The notes: generated by a model not told the origin, from the sequence alone. A stretch of 64,000 nt of DNA from Malacoraja senta (GCA_038087875.1 CM075992.1:3970001-4034000); one strand, 5' to 3'; shown: positions 1-12,720, counted from the stretch's first letter. Program-made: numbers and translations.

Positions 1-435
1 GATAACTAATGTGAAGTAATTGCAATAACATAATTTGCGATGAAAATGTTGACGAATGCAAATTTAAAAAAAAAATGTATATTTAAAAAATGTTTTTAAA
101 AGCTAAATTCGGACAGCCCCTGCATGAATGCTATTTGCATTGTGAAATTTCTCTCTGGAGAGAAAGGATGGGTGACATCTTGGGTCGCGATCCTTCACCC
201 GAGAGTCCCAACCTGAAGGGTCCTGAACTAAAAAAAATCACCCAGCTTTTTTTTTCCAGAGATGCTGCCTAAACCGCTGAGTTACTCTAGCACTTTGTGT
301 CTATCTTCGGTATAAACCAGCATCTGCAGTTCCTTTCTACACATTTTGCCCGCCTGCATATTGATCTGCCTGAGGAAAGACGGTTCATGAATGATTGTGA
401 ATACCGACTGCTTCTACCAACAAAGATAGCATATT

Positions 436-602
436 GGAGAAACTCAGCGGGTGCAGCAGCATCTATGGAGCGAAGGAAATAGGCAACGTTTCGGCCCGAA
501 ACGTTGCCTATTTCCTTCGCTCCATAGATGCTGCTGCACCCGCTGAGTTTCTCCAGCATTTTTGTCTACCTTTGATTTTCCCGCATCTGCAGTTACTTCT
601 TA
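436..602. mobile_element. Fold-back Penelope pLTR-derived non-autonomous element in the last PIN1 intron
   Basis: ~60-bp near-perfect inverted repeat centred on tttcggcccgaaa; flanked by the 17-bp direct repeat aacaaagatagcatatt (419-435 and 603-619). Confidence 0.8.
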
Positions 603-807
603 AACAAAGATAGCATATTCACAATTAGTGAATTATTCTCTCTTGTCCTCTGAGAAGAACATTGATTCTTCCAATATTGCCTACGACTTAGCTGTAGCTT
701 CTGTGGTTTTCTGATCTTATGGAATCTTTTTAAAAAAAAAGTTTTTTTCCACCATCTTGGTAGAGATCAATAAACATTGATTATTACATTTTGCTTTGTG
801 TTTCTAG

Positions 808-917
808 GTCAAATGCAGAGGCCGTTTGAGGAAGCCACATATTCGCTGAAGATTGGAGAAATGAGCAATCCCGTGTTTACGGATTCTGGTATTCATATCA
901 TCCTCCGTACTGCTTAA
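808..917 (+). CDS. PIN1: Terminal coding exon of peptidyl-prolyl cis-trans isomerase NIMA-interacting 1 (C-terminal end of the parvulin PPIase domain); upstream exons lie outside the window
   Basis: Pyrimidine tract and acceptor (ttgctttgtgtttctAG, AG at 806-807), phase-1 start, reads (G)[39 protein letters not shown] (TAA 915-917). Closely matches the human PIN1 C-terminus [36 protein letters not shown]. Missed by the ORF track because it is under 60 aa. Confidence 0.96.
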
Positions 918-1890
918 GGTGCCTCCCTTTGGTTTGTCTTTACAGAGTGAATCACCCAGCCACTGCTGAAGACATTTTATGGAAACGTTCACTCACGTTG
1001 CTTCCGGCATCCCTAGTATTTTAACGATTTTGACATTTTGTCCAGTGTGCTTGCAGGCACTTGTGGCGGCAGCAGTCAGGGGAAGGAACTGACCTTAATT
1101 ATATAAACGGAGTCTTTAAAATAACGCTGTCTCTATGCAGCGGTCCACATGTTGATCCAATGTCTGGGGGTGAGTGCAGGTTTGTGCCAGTCTGCGCCGT
1201 ATTGCCGTTACTCTGTTGTATACGCTTCTGCTATATAATGTGTTGAAGACCGTTTGAATTTTATTGGAGTAACGCAGGCTTAAGTTAGACAAAATTAATG
1301 TTTATTTTCCCGGCACTGAGAAATTGTGGGTGAATTTAGCATCCCTTTGTTTATTGCTTTAGTCATTTACAAGTTACACTAATGCACAAGTTCATTTGGT
1401 GTATGTGTTTATTCTCTTATATTGGAGGTAGCGCCTGTTAAGGCTTTTGTTTGTAGTTAAAGCAGGGCCCTTTACCACTTCCACGGAAATGCATAAGCAT
1501 TGATATGCGGGGAGTACTTTAACTCATCATCCTTTAGCTTCTGTGCTCTTGGTATGCAGTATTGCTGCTGATCTTTGACCATTGCATGGTCAGTGGTTGT
1601 ATAGGTAAACTTTTTTATCTCCCCCCCCCCCCCAGCCCCCCTCTGACCATTCCACAAGGTACTGATAGAAATGCAGTTCCGAAAAGTAATTGTCGATATC
1701 TGGACTACGTAAAGAGAATAACTTTTCTCTTTTCTGTTGCAAAGATCCTTTTAGGCTGGTTAGTTTGGGTGTGCATGCATGTCTTCTTAAAGTGCACCAA
1801 AGCTACGACATGAAATTGGGGTTATGGGAAATGTAAGATTACATTTGTCTAGCTAAGTCAAAATAAAGAAATTCCTCAAAGTATCAGAGC
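918..1890 (+). other. PIN1: PIN1 3' UTR (3' end approximate)
   Basis: Roughly 1 kb free of recognisable interspersed repeats, between the stop codon and an AATAAA followed by a GU-rich tract. Confidence 0.7.
1862..1867 (+). terminator. Polyadenylation signal for PIN1
   Basis: AATAAA at 1862-1867 with a downstream GU-rich element (tggtgtcttattctgtgtagttggttgt, ~1892-1920); repeats start shortly after. Confidence 0.7.
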
Positions 1891-1999
1891 CTGGTGTCTT
1901 ATTCTGTGTAGTTGGTTGTCCTTAATCTGCATTGAATCATGTTTTATCTGGGCAACTGGAATAGTTAAAGAATCTCTAATATTCCAGGGTAATTGCAGA

Positions 2000-2305
2000 G
2001 TTTAGTATAGAGATACAATATGGAAACGCCCTTCAGCACAACGCCCTAAGGCCGAGCCGAACATTAATCACCCGTTTACGCTAGTTCCATGTTATCCCAC
2101 TTTCACATCCACTCCCTACACATGGGCAATTTACAGAGGCAAAATGACCTGTAAAGCCACGCGTCTTTAGGATGAGGGAGGAAATCGGAGCACCTGGATG
2201 AAATCAACACACTCACGGAGAATGTGCAAACTCCACACAGACAGCAGCTGAGGTCAGGTTTGAACCCGAGTCTCTGAGGCTGTGAGGCAGCATTGTGCTG
2301 CCCTT
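2000..2305 (-). mobile_element. Diverged V-SINE/HE1-like tRNA-derived SINE
   Basis: Degenerate tRNA-like head, central domain and tail matching the younger copies in the window. Confidence 0.75.
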
Positions 2306-3293
2306 GCCCACTAATAACAGCAAAGGAACCACACTTCTGGATTTCTGCTCTCTGACACGTGATGTTTTAGTGTGCAGACTCCATGAAATGGCTGCGATAT
2401 TATCTCCAGAGAATCAGATGGTTGACCTTTATTTCAAGGTAGGTGACGTTGCCAGTTGGCTGTTGGTATAGAAAATAGGTGCAGGAGTAGGCCGTTCAGC
2501 CCTTCGAGCCAGCACCGCCATTCAATATGATCATGGTTGATCATCCAAAATCAGTACCCCGTTCCTGCTTTCTCCCCATATCCCTTGATTCTGCTAGCCC
2601 TAAGAGCTGTATCTAAATGGCAACAATTACTGTGCTAAATTCCAAGGTGTCTTGACAGCATAATGAGTTTGGATTTTTTTAGCCTGTTGCTCTGAAACGG
2701 GTATGTCAAGTAAACTGATATAATCTCATCCATGTGACAAAGTAAGGTGATACTCAGAGCCATAGATAGTGTCATTCAGTGTGGGAACAGGCCCTTCGGC
2801 CCAACATTGCCCACACTGAACAACATGTCCCATAACTTCATATTATTCTTAATTATTTCATGACTTTCATATTTTATTTCATAATTTAAATTCGGATCTT
2901 ATTTCGGGTTTTAATTCGTTCCTTTACAAAGGTGTTGAAAATATGATAATGTCCAAATTATTTCCTTGCCTTCCAAAGAGATGAATCTTGGATGTTTTTC
3001 AGTGGTATAGGTTTGATAATGTACAATGCCCATGTGGGGTTCTTTCATGCAACTTTCAAATGATGTCTTCCTTGGTAGGAATTGTCCCATTACTCACAGC
3101 ATCCCTGGTCGCGAATGTCCATCTCGTGAGCACCCATCGGACTATCCTTGATCGGACTTTGCTGTACACTGTAAATGGCTCGATTGTAATCATGCATTGT
3201 CTTTCTGCTGACTGGATAGCATGCAACAAAAGGTTTTTCCACTGTACCCCGGTACACGTAACAATAAACTAAACTCAACATTCATACGAGCAA

Positions 3294-3562
3294 TGTTTAA
3301 GAAGGAACTGCAGATGCTGGAAAACTCTACGGTAGACAAAAATGTTGGAGAAACTCAGCGGGTGAGGCAGCATTTATGGAGCGAAGGAATAGGTGACGTT
3401 TCGGGTCGAGACCCTTCTTCAGACTGATGTGAGGGTGGAGGGGGGGGGGGCGGGAAGAAGAAAGGAAGAGGCGGAGACAGTGGGCTGTGGGAAGGGGAGG
3501 GGAAGGAGGGAGAAAGCAAGGACTACCTGAAATTGGAGGTCAATGTTCATACCGCTGGGGCA
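3294..3562 (-). mobile_element. Penelope-like element 3' end (pLTR) with minimal hammerhead motif
   Basis: Minus strand reads ctgaagaagggtctcgacccgaaacgtcacc (~3392-3422); matches the 3' part of the GIY-YIG-bearing copy at 16387-17058. Confidence 0.8.
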
Positions 3563-5259
3563 AGCTCACATAATGCTATTAAATTCAAAAGTCAGTCGTA
3601 CATACACATATTTGTTCCTACAAACGGAACAAGATTCGTGGCTCCACTTTTAGTCATTCTCATCAGTCTTCTGCGCTTTCAGTGCCATTCATTATGATGC
3701 AGAGGTACAGTTACCGTATCCAGGGGGTTTTGTGTATTTTCTGACATGGGTAAAATCGATTTGTGGGTATCTAAAAATGGAACCTTGTTTTATCACTTGG
3801 AGATGGCGTGTAGTTTGTAATATCTCTCTCCATTGAGTCAAGAGTTCTGGAGACCTTTCTGTCCTGATGAGGTTGTTGGTTTCTATGAAAGAATACGCTG
3901 TTGCATGAATGGTCCTACTTACAATAGCAGGTGTTGTTAGTCGGTGCATGTTATAATGGGATTGAGAGGTTTTGATAATGCACCTTCCCCTGTGTTTCAG
4001 GTTTATAACTTACTCTGATCCTGATTGCAAATTGTTCAAATCTAATTAGTTTGCAATCCTGCCATTTGCGCATCCCTTTTTGTACATCCTTTATAAATTA
4101 ATCTTAAATCCTCTACATAGGTCTACCAAATCAGGTATGGTAGAAACAGGGAACTGCAACAACAAAAAAAACACCAAGTGCTGGAGCAACTCAGCGGATC
4201 AGGCAGCATCTCTGGAGAATATGGATGGGTTAATCTGAAGGTCATAAGGAGTAAATTAGGCCATTCGGCCCATCAAGTCTACTCCTTTCAATCATGGCTG
4301 ATCTATCTCTCCCTCCTAACCCCATTCTTCTGCCTTCTCCCCATAACCTCTGACACCCGTACTAATCAAGAATCTACCTCTGCCTTAAAAATATCCACTG
4401 ACTTGACTTCCACCGCCTTCTGTGGCAAAGAATTCCACAGATTCATCACCCTCTGACTAAAGAAATTTCTCCTCATCTCCTTTCTAAAAGATTGTCCTTT
4501 AATTCTGAAGGAGGGTCCCGACCCAAAACGTCACCTATCCATGTTCTCCAGAGGTGCTGCCTTACCCGCTGAGTAACTCCAGCACTTTGTGCCTTTTTTT
4601 GTAAGCCTGGTATGGTAATGTATCAATTATAGTTCTCTGAAATATTCCAATATAATCTTTATTTTAACAAATGATTAAAAAAAAATATATATATCTAGTT
4701 CACTGTCCTTCCAGAGAGGAAATCTGTCACCCTAGTCCAGTTTGTCCTCTGTGACTATGTGGTGATCTCTCTTATTGATTTTCTTCCATTGTTAGCGTAA
4801 ATTATCATTGACACTATGCAGCAACATTCACAAACTGTTAACTTTCATGTTCAGGTGCCTTCCCTCCAGTAAAAGTTCTGAATCTTTAACAACAAAGCCA
4901 ATAAATTCTCTTAACAACAGGCCAGGCTGCCTAATGGCAGTTTTGTAGAACTTAATGTGCAATGCAGAATTACATCAGGGCGGTGAATCTGTGGAATTCA
5001 TTGTCCACAGACTGCTGTGGTGGCCAAGCCATTGGATATTTTAAAGCGGATATTGATAGGTTCTGGATTAGTAAGGGCGTCAGTGGTTATGGAGAGAATG
5101 GGGTTGAGAGCAAAAGATCGATCAGCCACAATTAAATGGCGGAGTATACGCAATGGGCTGAATGGTCTAAATCTGCTTCTATATGTTAAGGTCTTATGAT
5201 CCATCAGGGACTGGGCATATACTCAGTCGTTTAGTTTGTTGTCACGTGTACTGAGGTAT

Positions 5260-5575
5260 ACGTTCTTACCCAGAGTAGGTGAATCGAGGTCCAGAGGACA
5301 TAGGTTTAAGGTGAAGGGAAAAATATTTAATAGGAAGCTGAAGGGTAACTTTTTCACACAAGGGGTGGTGTGTGTATGGAACAAGCTGCCAGAGGAGGTA
5401 GTTGAAGCTGGGACTATCCCAATATTTAAGAAAGAGTTAGACAGGTACATGGATAGGACAGGTTTGGAGGGATATGGACCAAACGTGGCCAGGTGGGACT
5501 AGTGTAGCTGGGACATGTTGGCCGGTGTGGGCAAGTTGGGCCGAATGTCCTGTTTCCACATTTTATCACTCTGAC
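5260..5575 (+). mobile_element. CR1-clade (HER1-like) LINE 3' fragment
   Basis: ORF2 C-terminus LPRVGESRSRGHRFKVKG...FFTQGVVCVWNKLPEEVVEAG...GYGPNVARWD plus 3' UTR related to the SINE tail. Confidence 0.85.
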
Positions 5576-6369
5576 TACAATGTAAAGCTTTTGTTGCGTG
5601 CTAACCAGTCAGCAGAAAGACTAAACATGAGCCATTTACAGTGTATAGATACAAGATAAGGGAATAACATTTAAAATATTTAAAAGTATAAAAAATTGTC
5701 ATCAGAGAGATTGCCCAAGTGATATAAATTATGTCATTGGCTTTGAGGCATTCAGTGGGAGTTGCCATCTATTGATGGTCAAGTGTGTCTTGGACTTGTG
5801 TGTTGATGCGTGACAGTCCGAGATGAGGTGGAAATCATTGTAAATAGGTGTGAGAGAGAGTTGCGTGGGTTGATAGGCCTGTTTCTTTATGGCATTTGTA
5901 AATCTACTTTCAACAGTATTAAATTATTTTCAACCTTTTTATTTTCTCACTAGAAACTTGTGACAACGGTGTTCACAAAGTAAGTAGGGGTCTTATCAGT
6001 ATGTTAGCTTCACCTAGTCATGTTCATATGTTCTAGGAGCAGAATTAGGCCATTTGGCCCATTTGATCATGGCTGATTTATTTCCCTCCTAACCCCTATC
6101 TTTCCCTCCTAACCCCATTCTCCTGCCTTCTCCCCATAACCCCTGATATCCTTACTAATCAAGACTGTGTCAATCTGCACCGTAAAAATATCCATTGACT
6201 TGGCCTCCACAGCCGTCTGTGGCAATCAATTCCACAGATTCACCACCACTCAGTCACTGGGTCCTTGTTGCTTGTCTCCAGAATGGGAGCCCAAGGATTA
6301 GGTTGGCATGACGTGGGGCCCATGCATCTATTACCATCTCAGCATGGGAATGGGAAGAGCATGGTTGTA

Positions 6370-6449
6370 GTCGGGATGGCTGAGTGGTCTGAGGCACCTC
6401 ATTGAGATCGCAGTGTCAGTAGGCATGGGTTCGAATCCCACACCTGACA
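6370..6449 (+). pseudogene. Decayed tRNA-Leu (class II, CAG-family-like) pseudogene
   Basis: gtcgggatggctgagtggtctgaggc...gggttcgaatcccacacctgaca resembles vertebrate tRNA-Leu(CAG) GTCAGGATGGCCGAGCGGTCTAAGGC...GGGTTCGAATCCCACTCCTGACA. A and B boxes are retained; the anticodon stem (cctca/cgcag) no longer pairs. Confidence 0.8.
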
Positions 6450-7162
6450 ATGTGGTTTATTTGATTAGTAAAAGCATCAAATATTATGGGGAGAAGACAG
6501 AAGAATGGGGTTGAGGCAAAGGCGTGATCGAGTGGCGGACCAGACTTGATGGGTCGAATGGCCTGATTATTCTTCTATGTCATGGTCATAACAGGTTTGT
6601 AAACACAATGCTAAATAGATAACACATTAGATAAATAAATAATCCAATATCGTTCAATATTGTATTCCTCAAGATCCCACCACCAGAGGTCCCTTTCCCT
6701 TTCAACATTTCAACCTGTGACTCCCAACTCCCAATCCCACCGACCATCTCTCACAAGGCACATTTCCATGAAATACAGCTGTTGGGACACTTATCCTTTC
6801 ACGTCTTCTGTTCCCTCGGTCTCTGAACTGTGAGGAACTTTCCAGGTAAGGCAGTGATTCACTTAAAAGACATTTGGACAGGTACATGGATGGGACAGGT
6901 TTGGAAGGATATGGGGCAAATGCAGGCAGGTGGGGCATGTTGGTCAGCGTGGGCAAGTTGGGCCAAAGGGCCTGTTTCCAGACTATGACTATCCCCTTCA
7001 CTGCCACTGCGACTAATTTGTTTTTTTTCCCTCTCATTTCCAGAGAGATATCCCCCAACCTGAAAATTTTGCTGTTTCTCTTTCCATGGTCATTTCCATG
7101 ACCAGCTTGTTTGTTTTACAGCATTTTCTCTCTCGTGTTTCGCATTGCCTGCTTTTCACGTA

Positions 7163-7177
7163 CCAGCAGAGGGCAGC
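7163..7177 (+). promoter_or_regulatory. CTCF-binding motif
   Basis: CCAGCAGAGGGCAGC fits the core consensus CCASYAGRKGGCRS and lies in unique sequence. Confidence 0.55.
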
Positions 7178-7357
7178 ATCAGTAAACTAACCTCCGCAGT
7201 TGCCGAAGAGACACAAAGTGCTGGAGTAACTCAGCGGATCAGGCAGCATCTCCGGAGAAAAAGAATAGGTGACGATTCGGGTCTGGACCCTTTTTTTGAT
7301 ATAAACCAGCACCTGCAGTTCCATCCTACACATTTCGTCTGCTGTTGCTGATGAGGC

Positions 7358-7872
7358 CGGCACGGTGGCGCAGCGGTAGAGTGGCTGCCTTTTTGCGCCA
7401 GAGACCCAGGTTCGATCCTGACTACGGGTGCTGTCTGTACGGAGTTTGTACCTTCTCCCTGTGACCGCGTTGTTTTTCTCCAGGTGATCTAATTTCCTCC
7501 CACACTCCAAAGACGTACAGGCTTGTTGGCTAATTGACGGCATAAATGTCAATTGTCAATAGACAATAGGTGCAGGAGTGGGCCATTCGGCCCTTCGAGC
7601 CAGCACCGCCATTCAATGTGATCATGGCTGATCATCCCCAATCAGTACCCCGTTCCTGCCTTCTCCCCATATCCCCTGACTCCACTATCTTTAAGAGCCC
7701 TATATAGCTCTCTCTTGAAAGCATCCATAGAACTGGCCTCCACCGCCCTCTGAGGCAGAGAATTCCACAGGCTCTAGTGTGTGTGGGGTAGTGTTAATGT
7801 GCAGGGATCACTGGTCGGTGCGGGCTGAAGGGCCTGTTTCCGCCTGGATCTCTAAACTAAAACTAAGCTAAA
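7358..7872 (+). mobile_element. V-SINE/HE1-like SINE interrupted by an antisense CR1 3' tail (~7555-7771)
   Basis: ggcacggtggcgcagcggtagag (A box) ... ggttcgatcc (B box), central domain, (aaact)n tail. Confidence 0.85.
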
Positions 7873-8398
7873 AATGTCTCCAAGATGAGAGGAGAAGCCT
7901 TTCAAATATCATAAAACAGAATCTAAATCATGCCGGTGGATGATACAAATCATAAATTGTGTGCTATATTACTTGAAGCTACTACATCTATCAGATTTAT
8001 TCAGTCAGACATCTTTTAAACAAGGATATCAGTAAGAATGTCATTGTTCTGTTTCTGTCCACACGACAAAACGCTTTTGAATAGAACATGGCAGCAGTCA
8101 ATAAAAATAATAAAAGGTAAAAAGAAATGAGGATTTAAATAAAGTGCTGTTGATTTTACTGTGCCGATGCTGATTCATCAAAGGACATGAATGTTCAGCA
8201 TATTTAAGAATTGAACATAATGTAGAGCATAGAACAGTAGAGAAGGTGGGCATAAAATGCTGGAGTAACCTCGCGGGTCAGGCAGAATCTCTGGAGAAAG
8301 AAGATGGGTGGCGTTTCAGTTCGGGGCCCTTCTTTAGGCTGAGCCGAAATGTCACCCATCCTTTTTACTCCAGAGATGCTGCCTGACCTGCTGAGTTA

Positions 8399-8927
8399 CA
8401 TAGATACATAGAAATAGGTGCAGGAGTAGGCCATTCGGCCCTTTGAGCCTGCACCGCCATTTCAATATGATCATGGCTGATCATCCAACTCAGTATCCCG
8501 TACCTGCCTTTCTCTCCATACCCCCTGATCCCTTTAGCCACAAGGGCCACATCTAACTCCTCTTAAATATAGCCAATGAACTGGCCTCAACTACCCTCTG
8601 TGGCAGAGAGTTCCAGAGATTCACCACTCTCTGTGTGAATAAGTTTTTCTCATCTTGGTCTTAAAGGATTTCCCCCTTATCCTTAAGCTGTGACCCTTGT
8701 CCTGGACTTCCCCAACATCGGGAACAATCTTCCTGCATCTAGCCTGTCCAACCCATAAGAATTTTGTACGTTTCTATAAGATCCCCTCTCAATCTCCTAA
8801 ATTCTAGCGAGTATAAGCCAAGTCTATCCAGTCCTTTCTTCATATGAAAGTCCTGACATCCCAGGAATCAGTCTGGTGAACCTTCTCTGCACTCCCTCTA
8901 TGGCTATAATGTCCTTCCTCAGATTTG
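8399..8927 (-). mobile_element. CR1 LINE 3' fragment nested in a Penelope-derived element
   Basis: Reverse-strand ORF2 end and 3' UTR with (tatgtatc)n tail; the host element resumes at ~8930. Confidence 0.85.
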
Positions 8928-9304
8928 GGTGACTCCAGCACTTTGTGTATTTTCGCTATATACCTGCATCTGCAGTTGCTTTCTGCGCTGAGAACAGCAC
9001 AGCATAGCACTTTTCATGCACAATGTCTGCTGAACATGATGCCAAACTCATGATCTCTGCCTCAGAGGGCGGTGGAGGCGGGTTCTCTGGATGCTTTCAA
9101 AGAGCTAGATAAGGCTCTTAGAAATAGCAGAGTCAGGGGATATGTGGAGAGGGTAGGAACAGGGTATTGGTTGGGGATGATCAGCCATGATCGCATTTAA
9201 TGGCGGTGCTGGCTCGTAGGGCCGAATGGCCTACTCCTGCACATATTGTCTATTGTCTATTGTCAGATCACTCCATTCCCTGCATATTACCCTACATGTT
9301 CCCG

Positions 9305-10170
9305 ATAGAGGTGTTGCATTTTGAGACGTCCAACAAGGGCATAACCTACACAGTGAATGGTGGGCCTCTGGGGAGTGTTGTAGAGCAGAGGGATCTAGGA
9401 GTACAGGTGCATGGTTCCATGAAGGTCGAGTCGCAGGTAGATAAGGTGGTCAAAAAGGCTTTTGGCACATTGGCCTTCGTCAGTCAGTATTGAGTATAGA
9501 CGTTGGGAGGTCATGTTGCAGTTGTATAAGACATAGAAACATAGAAAACAGGTGCAGGAGGAGGCCATTCGGCCCTTCGAGCCAGCACCGCCATTCATTG
9601 TGATCATGGCTGATCGTCCCCAATCAATAACTCGTGCCTGCCTTCTCCCCATATCCCTTGGTTCCACTAGCCCCTAGAGTTCTATCTAACTCTGGACACC
9701 ATGTTATAGGAAAGATATTGTCAAGCTTGAAAGGGTTCAGAGCAGATTAATGAGGATGTTGCCAGGAATGGAGGGTGTGAGCTACAGGGAGAGGTTCAGT
9801 AGGCTGGGTCTCTATTCCTTGGAGCGCAGGAGGATGAGGGGTGATCTTATAGAGGTGTATAAAATCATGAGAGGAATAGATCGGGTAGATGCACAGAGTC
9901 TCTTGCCCAGAGCAGGGGAATCGAGGACCAGAGGACATAGGTTCAAGGTGAAGGGGAAAAGATTTAATAGGAATCTGAGGGGTAATATTTTCACACAAAG
10001 GGTGTTGGGTGTATGGAACCAGCTGAGGCTGGGACTCTCCCAACGTTTAAGAAAGTTTTCAACAGGTTTGGAGAGATATGGACCAAACGCAGGCAGGTGG
10101 GACTAGTGCAGCTGGGACATGTTGGCCGATGCGGGCCTGTTTCCACACTACCACTCGATGACTCTATATA
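9305..10170 (+). mobile_element. CR1 (HER1-like) LINE fragment interrupted by an antisense CR1 tail (~9531-9692)
   Basis: EQRDLGVQVHGSMKVESQVDKVVKKAFG and MRMLPGMEGVSYRERFSRLGLYSLERRRMRGDLIEVYKIMRG are typical CR1 ORF2 motifs. Confidence 0.85.
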
Positions 10171-10997
10171 ACAATCTGTTAAGTGCCTCTATTTTTATCT
10201 GCTGCCACCACCACTGATGTGTTCCAGGCTCCCAACATTCTGTGTAAAAATAAAACTACTTCCTGTACACCTTTCTTTAAACTTTGCCCCTCTCACCGTA
10301 AAGCTATGCCCTCTTTGACATTCCCACCCTGATGAGAAAGGCTCAGACTGTCTACCCTATCTACGCCTCTTCCAATTGTACATCCTTCCATGTCTCTCGT
10401 TTCCCTTTCCACTGACTCAGTCTGAAGAAGGGTCTCGACCTGAAACGTCACCTATTCCTTCTCTCCGGCGATGCTGCCTGTCCCGCTGAGTTACCCCATC
10501 TGCTGGAGGTAAGAATTTCATTGTTCGGCTTTGGGGACATACAGTAAAAGACGCTCTCGATTCTCTTGAAATTCCCACATCTGCAGTCTCTTGTCCCCCC
10601 CCCACCATTATTGCACAATGATCAATGGTCAAAAAAGTGAATCACCCACGACATGGGCACTCAAAAGGGCAGGTTAAGATTGGCGCAGGGTTATGAAAGA
10701 GGTTCGGATCAGATGTCTCGTATTATCTGATCCTTTCAAAATGTCCGTCAAGGCAGCGAGAGATTGTTTTTGCTTTATTAATCAAGTGGATGTGTGCGTC
10801 TGTTTGTAGAGAGGTCGAGACTATTCAAGCAGAGCCGGCCACTGATTGAATCTGTGATGCTAGACTGTGTTTCAAGGACTCATGGGCACATAAATAATCG
10901 CGCAGGTTTCCTTTCATTTCCACCAAATAGGCAAAGCAAACTCTATTTGACGGCCTTTCATCCAAGTCGCAGGTTAAACAAAGTTTCATTTCCTTTA

Positions 10998-11456
10998 AGT
11001 AGTAGTAGAGGCCCCCTTCGGTCATGACTGACCATGGGCGATACCTCCTAGTTTGCAGGTGATGTGTGGTCGGATGTAAGCCTGGGCGATCGATGTCATA
11101 TGGAGGACAGGCTGTTGCCCATGCAGCACGTCTCCCCTCTCCACGTCGCTGATCGATCCAAAGGAACAGCAGGGCCGTTACAGTTGGCACCAGCGCCGTC
11201 GCAGGAGCTGCCAGAACGGGGTTGTAGACAACGACGAACTGCCTTAGTGGCTCCGACTCCAGATTTTCTTGAGGTTTACTCCTGGAGCCTTTTCCATGAC
11301 TGGATATGGCCACAGGCAGTGGAGGTTCTAAATCAGAGTTTTCCCTCTCCTAGATGGACTGCCTTCCCAGCGTGACGAGCCCCATCTGCCCGAGACTCGT
11401 GGGGCCGGGAGCGTCTACCTTCCCGTGCAGGCTATAGCACCTGCCCACTGCCCACA
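10998..11456 (-). mobile_element. Non-autonomous RTE-like retroposon, copy 1
   Basis: Highly similar to 63196-63590 in the opposite orientation; (CTA)n 3' tail; carries ggcagtccatctaggagagggaaaactctga, which I recall from RTE 5' UTRs; no coding capacity. Confidence 0.6.
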
Positions 11457-12387
11457 TATGTAAACGCTGGAAAATGTGTTTAAACGGCTCACAAAGAGAG
11501 CGTCTTTGATCCCTGCTTTATGCTTTTATTACTGTTGTGTAACGCAATGCAGTGAAAAACTTTAGTATATGTGCCATCCGGTCAATCAAATCATTCCAGA
11601 CACTGATACACTCAAGGTATACAACACTAGGAACTGCAGATGCTGGTTCACAAGTAGAAGTGCTGGAGTAACTCAGCGGGTCAGGCAGCACCTGTGGAGA
11701 ATGTGGTTAGGCAACTTTTCAGGTCAGTAGAAGGGCCTGAAGAAGGTTCCCGACACAAAACATTGCCTGTCCATGTCCTCCGGAGCTGCTAGCAGCCTGA
11801 CCCACTGAGTTTCTCCAGCACTTTGGTTTTTGTTAATGATGCAGCGGTCGAGTTGCTGCCTCACCCGACGGGCCGAATGGCCTAATTCTACTTGTGAATC
11901 CTGGACTGGCACCCGAGTCATTAAAGTTGCTACTTAGAAGGCAGATACTGTTGCTGCGGGTTGCTATCAGATGCAAGGAAAAGCAAAAGCAAAAGCTTCT
12001 CAGAATCCAACGTGCAGATTAGTGTAGGTTAGTTTAGAGATACAGCACGGAAACAGACTCTTGGCCCACCAGTCCAAACCAAAGTGAGAGATATAGAGAT
12101 AGCATATTCAGCACATAGCTAACAATGGCCTGTTTCTTTATCATCATCATTTTTTTGCTTATTTTTCATTCGTTTGTCCTGTATCACCGTAAATATCTCT
12201 CGTTTCCCTTGACTAGCCTGAAGAAGGGTCTCGACCCAAAACGTCACCTATCCCTTCTCTCCAGAGATGCTGCCTGTCCCGCTGAGTTACTCCAGCGTTT
12301 AGTGTCTATCCCATGTTGACCGTTCTGTCCTGAGCCTCCTCCACTGATAATTCGCTCAGGCAGCACCTTACCGCTGCACCACTGTTC

Positions 12388-12720
12388 TAGATTCAGATTC
12401 AAGATTCAATCTTTAATTGTCATTGTGCAGTGTACCACTACAGAGACAACGAAATGCAGATAGCATCTCACCCAGAAGAGCGAACTTAGGAATAATGAAC
12501 AGTAAAATATATAGATGTACAAACAGTAGCAGTAGTGCAATTTTACTGGGGAAGGAGTGTCCAGGGGGAGGGGTGACTGGCAATCACCAAGGTGCAGAGT
12601 TCAGTAGTGTAACAGCCGCAGGAAGAAGCTGTTCTTGGACCTGCTGGTCCGGCAACGGAGAGACCTGTAGCGCCTCCCGGATGGGAGGAGGGTAAACAGT
12701 CTGTGTCTGGGGTGAGAGCA
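12388..12720 (-). mobile_element. Rex1/Babar-type LINE 3' fragment
   Basis: HRLFTLLPSGRRYRSLRCRTSRSKNSFF motif, 3' UTR and (gaatct)n-like tail. Confidence 0.75.

Noticed and set aside
436..560. Palindromic repeats read as CRISPR repeats or DNA-transposon MITEs
   Set aside because: Eukaryotic context, no spacer array, and the sequence matches Penelope pLTRs with long variable TSDs
7358..7430. tRNA-like sequences at SINE heads
   Set aside because: They are V-SINE 5' domains, not tRNA genes
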